In this document: positions 56,201 to 64,000 of the stretch, one piece after another
How the letters are laid out: the number at the start of each line of letters is the position of its first letter
How positions within the stretch are numbered: position 1 is the stretch's first letter
NCBI GenBank assembly: GCA_964016885.1
Contig: OZ024740.1
Location: 22,630,001 to 22,694,000, forward strand
Direction of reading: 5' to 3'
Source of the DNA: Eledone cirrhosa
Taxonomy: Eukaryota
Length of the DNA stretch: 64,000 nt
The notes under the pieces: model-generated
Told to the model about the DNA's origin: nothing
What the model saw: the letters and a program-made list of their open reading frames with translations, nothing else
Database searches by the model: none
Made by a program: the position numbers and the translations under genes

Positions 56201-59200
56201 AGACGGCATACAACGGTCGACACAGACTAGTCATAGACGGTATACAACTGTAGACACTGACTAGTCATAGACGGCATACAATGGTCGACACAGACTAGTC
56301 ATAGACGGCATACGTCTGTAGACACAGACTAGTCATAGACGGCATAAAACTGTAGACACAGACTACTCATAGACGGCATACAAATGTAGTCACAGACAAG
56401 TCATAGACGGTATAGAACTGTAGACAAAGACTAGTCATATATGGCATTCAACTGTAGACACAGACTAGTCAAAGACGGTATACAACCGTAGACACAGACT
56501 AGTCATAGACGGCATACAACTGTAGACATAGACAAGTCATAGACGCTATAAACCCTAGACACAGACTAGTCATAGACGGTATACAACCGTAGACACAGAC
56601 TAGTCAAAGACGGTATACAACAGAAGACATAGACAAGTCATAGACGGTTTACAACCGTAGACATAGACTAGTCATAGACGGCATACAACTGTAGACACAA
56701 ACTAGTCATAGACGATATACAACGGTAGACACAGACAAGTCATAGACGGCACACAACTGTAGACACAGACAAGTCATAGACGGTATACAACCGTAGACAG
56801 AGACTAGTCATATACGGTATATAACCGTAGCCACAGACTAGTCATAGGTGGTATAAAACCCTAGACACATACTAGTCATAGAAGGTATACAACCCTAGAC
56901 ATAGACTAGTCATAGACGGTATACAACCCTAGACACAGGCTAGTCATAGACGGTATACAACCGTAAACACAAACTAGGCATAGACGGTATACAATGCTAG
57001 ACACAAACTAGTCATAGACGGTATACAACGGAAGACACAGACTAGTCATAGACGGTATACAACCCTAGACACAGACTAGTCATAGACGGTATACAACCGT
57101 AGATACAGACTAGTCATAGACGGTATACAAGCCTAGACACAGACTAGTCATAGACGGTATACAACCCGAGACACAGACTAGTCATAGACGGTATACAACC
57201 CTAGACACAGACTAGTCATAGACGGTATACAACGGCAGACACAGACAAGTCATAGACTGTATACAACGGTAGACACAGACTAGTAATAGACGGTATACAA
57301 CGGTAAACACAGACTAGTCATAGACAGTATACAACTGTAGACACAGACTAGTCATAGACGGCATACAACTGTAGACACAGACTAGTAATAGACGGTATAC
57401 AACGGTAGACACAGACTAGTCATAGACGGCATACAACCGTAGACATAGACAAGTCATAGACGGCATACAATGTAGACACAGACTAGTAATAGACGGTATA
57501 CAACGGTAGACACAGACTGGTCATAGACGGTATACAACTGTAGACATAGACTAGTCATAGACGGTATACAACTGTAGACCAAGACTAGTCATATACGGTA
57601 TACAACTGTAGACACAGACAAGTCATAGACGGTATACATCGGTAGATATAGACAAGTCATAGACGGCATACAACTGTAGACATAGACTAGTCATTGACGG
57701 TATACAACGGTAGACACAGACTAGTCATAGACGGTATACAACTGTAGACATAGACTAGTCATAGATGGTATACAACTGTAGACACAGACTAGTCATATAC
57801 GGTATACAACTGTAGAAACAGACAAGTCATAGACGGTATACAACGGTAGACATAGACAAGTGATAGACTGTATACAATGGTAGACACAGACTAGTCATAG
57901 ACGGTATACAACGGTAGACACTGACAAGTCATAGACGGCATACAACTGTAGACACAGACTAGTCAAAGACGGTATACAACTGTAGACACAGACTAGTCAT
58001 AGACGGTATACAACGGTAGACACAGCCTAGTCATAGATGGTATACAACTGTAGACACAGACTAGTCATAGACGGCATACAACGGTCGACACAGACTAGTC
58101 ATAGACGGTATACAACTGTAGACACTGACTAGTCATAGACGGCATACAATGGTCGACACAGACTAGTCATAGACGGCATACGTCTGTAGACACAGACTAG
58201 TCATAGACGGCATAAAACTGTAGACACAGACTACTCATAGACGGCATACAAATGTAGTCACAGACAAGTCATAGACGGTATAGAACTGTAGACAAAGACT
58301 AGTCATATATGGCATTCAACTGTAGACATAGACTAGTCAAAGACGGTATACAACCGTTGACACAGACTAGTCATAGACGGCATACAACTGTAGACATAGA
58401 CAAGTCATAGACGCTATAAACCCTAGACACAGACTAGTCATAGACGGTATACAACCGTAGACACAGACTAGTCAAAGACGGTATACAACAGAAGACATAG
58501 ACAAGTCATAGACGGTTTACAACCGTAGACATAGACTAGTCATAGACGGCATACAACTGTAGACACAAACTAGTCATAGACGATATACAACGGTAGACAC
58601 AGACAAGTCATAGACGGCACACAACTGTAGACACAGACAAGTCATAGACGGTATACAACCGTAGACAGAGACTAGTCATATACGGTATATAACCGTAGCC
58701 ACAGACTAGTCATAGGTGGTATAAAACCCTAGACACATACTAGTCATAGAAGGTATACAACCCTAGACATAGACTAGTCATAGACGGTATACAACCCTAG
58801 ACACAGGCTAGTCATAGACGGTATACAACCGTAAAAACAAACTAGTCATAGACGGTATACAATGCTAGACACAAACTAGTCATAGACGGTATACAACGGA
58901 AGACACAGACTAGTCATAGACGGTATACAACCCTAGACACAGACTAGTCATAGACGGTATACAACCGTAGATACAGACTAGTCATAGACGGTATACAAGC
59001 CTAGACACAGACTAGTCATAGACGGTATACAACCCGAGACACAGACTAGTCATAGACGGTATACAACCCTAGACACAGACTAGTCATAGACGGTATACAA
59101 CGGCAGACACAGACAAGTCATAGACTGTATACAACGGTAGACACAGACTAGTCATAGTCGGTATGCAACCCTAGACACAGACTAGTCATATACGGTATAC

Positions 59201-59644
59201 AACCCTAGACACAGACAAGTCATAGACGGTATACAACCCTAGACACAGACTAGTCATAGACGGTATACAACGGTAGACACAGACTAGTCATAGACGGTAT
59301 ACAACCCTAGACACAGACTAGTCATAGACGGTATACAACCCTAGACACAGACTAGTCATAGACGGTATACAACCGTAGACACAGACTATTCATAGACGGT
59401 ATACAACCGTAGACACAGACTATTCATAGACGGTATACAACCCTAGACACAGACTAGTCATAGACGGTATAAAACCCTAGACACAGACAAGTCATAGACA
59501 CATAGAATGACTGAAACTAAATAAAGAAAAACACAGCTATGAACTTACTTTCGAATTTAATAAGTGTGCCGTTCAAAATCTCGCGGAACACATAGGAAGA
59601 TCTCGCGGCAGAGTGTGCCACGACACACTGGTTGAGAATCACTG
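35247..59644. mobile_element. Non-autonomous hAT (Charlie/Buster-type) DNA transposon, 24.4 kb, interior filled by satellite
   Basis: TIRs CAGTGGTTCTCAACC (35247-35261) and GGTTGAGAATCACTG (59630-59644), 14/15 match. 8-bp TSD CGATAGGC at 35239-35246 and 59645-59652 with a central TA. Subterminal cggcacac/gtgtgcc motifs at both ends. Confidence 0.9.
35345..59500. repeat. 34-bp satellite, ~710 monomers, with higher-order repeats
   Basis: Consensus gtcatagacggYatacaacYgtagacacagacWa; period 34 (e.g. 35401 and 35435). Confidence 0.97.
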
Positions 59645-59659
59645 CGATAGGCGATCGAA

Positions 59660-62600
59660 TGCAGAGTATAGACGTTCAACTGCAGTGTATAGGTGGTAGA
59701 TGTAGAGTATAGACGGTTAAGTACAGTGTATAGGTGGTAGATGTAGAGTATAGACGGTCACCTGCAGTGTATATGTGGTAGATGTAGAGTATAGACGGTC
59801 AACTACAGTGTATAGGTGGTAGATGTAGAGTATAAAAGGTCATCTACAGTGTATAGGTGGTAGATGTAGAGTATAGACGGTCAACTGCAGTGTATAGGTG
59901 GTAGATGTAGAGTATAGACGGTCAACTACAGTGTATAGGTGGTAGATGTAGAGTATAGACGGTCAACTACAGTGTATAGGTGGTAGATGTAGAGTATAGA
60001 CGGTCATCTACAGTGTATAGGTGGTAGATGTAGAGTATAGACGGTCAACTGCAGTGTATAGGTGGTAGATGTAGAGTATAGACGGTCAACTACAGTGTAT
60101 AGGTGGTAGATGTAGAGTATAGTCGGTCAACTACAGTGTATAGGCGGTAGATGTAGAGTATAGACGGTCAACTACAGTGTATAGGTGGTAGATGTAGAGT
60201 ATAGACGGTCAACTACAGTGTATAGGCGGTAGATGTAGAGTATAGACGGTCAACTACAGTGTATAGGTGGTAGATGTAGAGTATAGAGGGTCAATTGCAG
60301 TGTATAGGTGGTAGATGTAGAGTATAGACGGTCAACTACAGTGTATAAGTGGTAGATGTAGAGTATAGACGGTCAACTACAGTGTATAGGCGGTAGATGT
60401 AGAGTATTGACGGTCAACTACAGTGTATAGGTGGTAGATGTAGAGTATAGACGGTCAACTACAGTGTATAGGTGGTAGATGTAGAGTATAGAGGGTCAAT
60501 TGCAGTGTATAGGTGGTAGATGTAGAGTATAGACGGTCAACTACAGTGTATAAGTGGTAGATGTAGAGTATAGACGGTCAACTACAGTGTATAGGCGGTA
60601 GATGTAGAGTATAGACGGCCAACTACAGTGTATATGTGGTAGATGTAGAGTATAGACGGTCAACTACAGTGTATAGGTGGTAGATGTAGAATATAGACGG
60701 TCAACTACAGTGTATAGATGGTAGATGTAGAGTATAGACGGTCAACTGAAGTGTATAAGTGGTAGATGTAGATTATAGACGGTCAACTACAGTGTATAGG
60801 TGGTAGATGTAGATTATAGACGGTCAACAACAGTGTATAGGTGGTAGATGTAGAGTATAGACGGTCAACTCCAGTGTATAGGTGGTAGATGTAGAGTATA
60901 GACGGTCACCTGCAGTGTATAGGTGGTAGATGTAGAGTATAGACGGTCAACTACAGTGTATAGGTGTTAGATGTAGAGTATAGACGGTCAGCTACAGTGT
61001 ATAGGTGGTAGATGTAGAGTATAGACGGTCACCTGCAGTGTATAGGTGGTAGATGTAGAGTATAGACGGTCAACTGCAGTGTATAGGTGGTAGATGTAGT
61101 GTATAGATGGTCAACTACAGTGTATAGGTGGTAGATGTAGAATATAGACGGTCTCCTGCAGTGTATAGGTGGTAGATGTAGAGTATAGACGGTCAACTAC
61201 AGTGTATAGGTGGTAGATGTAGTGTATAGACGGTCAACTGCCGTGTATAGGTGGTAGACGTAGAGTATAGACGGTCAACTACAGTGTATAGGTGGCAGAT
61301 GTAGAGTATAGACGGTCACCTGCAGTGTATAGGTGGTAGATGTAGAGTATAGACGGTCAACTACAGTGTATAGGTGGTAGATGTAGAGTATAAAAGGTCA
61401 TCTACAGTGTATAGGTGGTAGATGTAGAGTATAGACGGTCAACTGCAGTGTATAGGTGGTAGATGTAGAGTATAGACGGTCAACTACAGTGTATAGGTGG
61501 TAGATGTAGAGTATAGACGGTCAACTACAGTGTATAGGTGGTAGATGTAGAGTATAGACGGTCATCTACAGTGTATAGGTGGTAGATGTAGAGTATAGAC
61601 GGTCAACTGCAGTGTATAGGTGGTAGATGTAGAGTATAGACGGTCAACTACAGTGTATAGGCGGTAGATGTAGAGTATAGTCGGTCAACTACAGTGTATA
61701 GGCGGTAGATGTAGAGTATAGACGGTCAACTACAGTGTATAGGTGGTAGATGTAGAGTATAGACGGTCAACTACAGTGTATAGGCGGTAGATGTAGAGTA
61801 TAGACGGTCAACTACAGTGTATAGGTGGTAGATGTAGAGTATAGAGGGTCAATTGCAGTGTATAGGTGGTAGATGTAGAGTATAGACGGTCAACTACAGT
61901 GTATAAGTGGTAGATGTAGAGTATAGACGGTCAACTACAGTGTATAGGCGGTAGATGTAGAGTATAGACGGTCAACTACAGTGTATAGGTGGTAGATGTA
62001 GAGTATAGACGGTCAACTACAGTGTATAGGTGGTAGATGTAGAGTATAGAGGGTCAATTGCAGTGTATAGGTGGTAGATGTAGAGTATAGACGGTCAACT
62101 ACAGTGTATAAGTGGTAGATGTAGAGTATAGACGGTCAACTACAGTGTATAGGCGGTAGATGTAGAGTATAGACGGCCAACTACAGTGTATATGTGGTAG
62201 ATGTAGAGTATAGACGGTCAACTACAGTGTATAGGTGGTAGATGTAGAATATAGACGGTCAACTACAGTGTATAGATGGTAGATGTAGAGTATAGACGGT
62301 CAACTGAAGTGTATAAGTGGTAGATGTAGATTATAGACGGTCAACTACAGTGTATAGGTGGTAGATGTAGATTATAGACGGTCAACAACAGTGTATAGGT
62401 GGTAGATGTAGAGTATAGACGGTCAACTCCAGTGTATAGGTGGTAGATGTAGAGTATAGACGGTCACCTGCAGTGTATAGGTGGTAGATGTAGAGTATAG
62501 ACGGTCAACTACAGTGTATAGGTGTTAGATGTAGAGTATAGACGGTCAGCTACAGTGTATAGGTGGTAGATGTAGAGTATAGACGGTCACCTGCAGTGTA

Positions 62601-64000
62601 TAGGTGGTAGATGTAGAGTATAGACGGTCAACTGCAGTGTATAGGTGGTAGATGTAGTGTATAGATGGTCAACTACAGTGTATAGGTGGTAGATGTAGAA
62701 TATAGACGGTCTCCTGCAGTGTATAGGTGGTAGATGTAGAGTATAGACGGTCAACTACAGTGTATAGGTGGTAGATGTAGTGTATAGACGGTCAACTGCC
62801 GTGTATAGGTGGTAGACGTAGAGTATAGACGGTCACCTGCAGTGTATAGGTGGTAGATGTAGTGTATAGACGGTCAACTACAGTGTATAGGTGGTAGATG
62901 TAGTGTATAGACGGTCAACTGCAGTGTATAGGTGGTAGATGTAGAGTATAGACGGTCAACTACAGTGTATTGGTGGTAGATGTAGAGTATAGACGGTCAC
63001 CTGCAGTGTATAGGTGGTAGATGTAGAGTATAGACGGTCAACTACAGTGTATAGGTGGTAGATGTAGAGTATAGACGGTCTCCTGCAGTGTATAGGTGGT
63101 AGACGTAGAGTATAGACGGTCAACTACAGTGTATAGGTGGTAGATGTAGTGTATAGACGGTCAACTGCAGTGTATAGGTGGTAGATGTAGAGTATAGACG
63201 GTCAACTACAGTTTATAGGTGGTAGATGTAGAGTATAGACGGTCACCTGCAGTGTATAGGTGGTAGATGTAGAGTATAGACGGTCAACTACAGTGTATAG
63301 GTGGTAGATGTAGTGTATAGACGGTCACCTGCAGTGTATAGGTGGTAGATGTAGAGTATAGACGGTCAACTACAGTGTATAGGTGGTAGATGTAGAGTAT
63401 AGACGGTCACCTGCAGTGTATAGGTGGTAGATGTAGAGTATAGACGGTCAACTACAGTGTATAGGTGTTAGATGTAGAGTATAGACAGTCAACTACAGTG
63501 TATAGGTGGTAGATGTAGAGTATAGACGGTCACCTGCAGTGTATAGGTGGTAGATGTAGAGTATAGACGGTCAACTGCAGTGTATAGGTGGTACATGTAG
63601 TGTATAGACGGTCACCCGCAGTGTATAGTTGGTAGATGTAGAGTATAGACGCTCACCTGCAGTGTATAGGTGGTAGATGTAGAGTATAGACGGTCAACTA
63701 CAGTGTATAGGTGGTAGATGTAGAGTATAGACGGTCACCTGCAGTGTATAGTTGGTAGATGTAGAGTATAGATGGTCATCTGCAGTGTATAGGTGGTAGA
63801 TGTAGAGTATAGACGGTCAACTACAGTGTATAGGCGGTAGATGTAGAGTATAGACGGTCAACTACAGTGTATAGGTGGTAGATGTAGAGTATAGAGGGTC
63901 AATTGCAGTGTATAGGTGGTAGATGTAGAGTATAGACGGTCAACTACAGTGTATAAGTGGTAGATGTAGAGTATAGACGGTCAACTACAGTGTATAGGCG
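59660..64000. repeat. 41-bp satellite (more than 100 monomers, runs off the window) with a 1558-bp 38-mer duplication
   Basis: Consensus tcaactRcagtgtataggtggtagatgtagagtatagacgg; period 41 (59881 and 59922). Variant tataaaagg recurs at 59831 and 61389. Confidence 0.97.

Noticed and set aside
35345-64000. CRISPR-like appearance of the 34-bp and 41-bp periodic arrays
   Set aside because: Monomers are directly adjacent with no unique spacers, there are no cas genes, and the context is eukaryotic.

Overview
AT-rich eukaryotic, repeat-dominated DNA with no convincing host gene. The microsatellite density and SINE types resemble a mollusc or cephalopod genome, but that is inference. Positions 1-31 kb are a mosaic of short retroelement insertions, mostly in (TA)n/(CA)n tracts. 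They include two Penelope-like (PLE) GIY-YIG fragments, an RTE-type LINE end, tRNA-derived SINEs and a full-length CsRn1-type Ty3/Gypsy element (20647-26515). About 13 distinct families of non-coding elements carry type I hammerhead ribozymes (about 25 motif copies, read by eye). Five of these families are 470-600 bp circularly permuted or tandem monomers (retrozyme-like), and many form fold-backs with the 3' ends pointing outward. 31.9-34.7 kb holds an unexplained inverted-repeat cassette, an orphan 122-aa ORF and a second RTE end. 35247-59644 is a single hAT (Charlie/Buster-type) non-autonomous transposon with intact TIRs and an 8-bp TSD. Its interior has expanded into a ~24-kb satellite of a 34-bp monomer with nested higher-order repeats. 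It sits at the leading edge of a second, related 41-bp satellite that runs off the window end. All coordinates and structures were read manually; no folding or database search was run.
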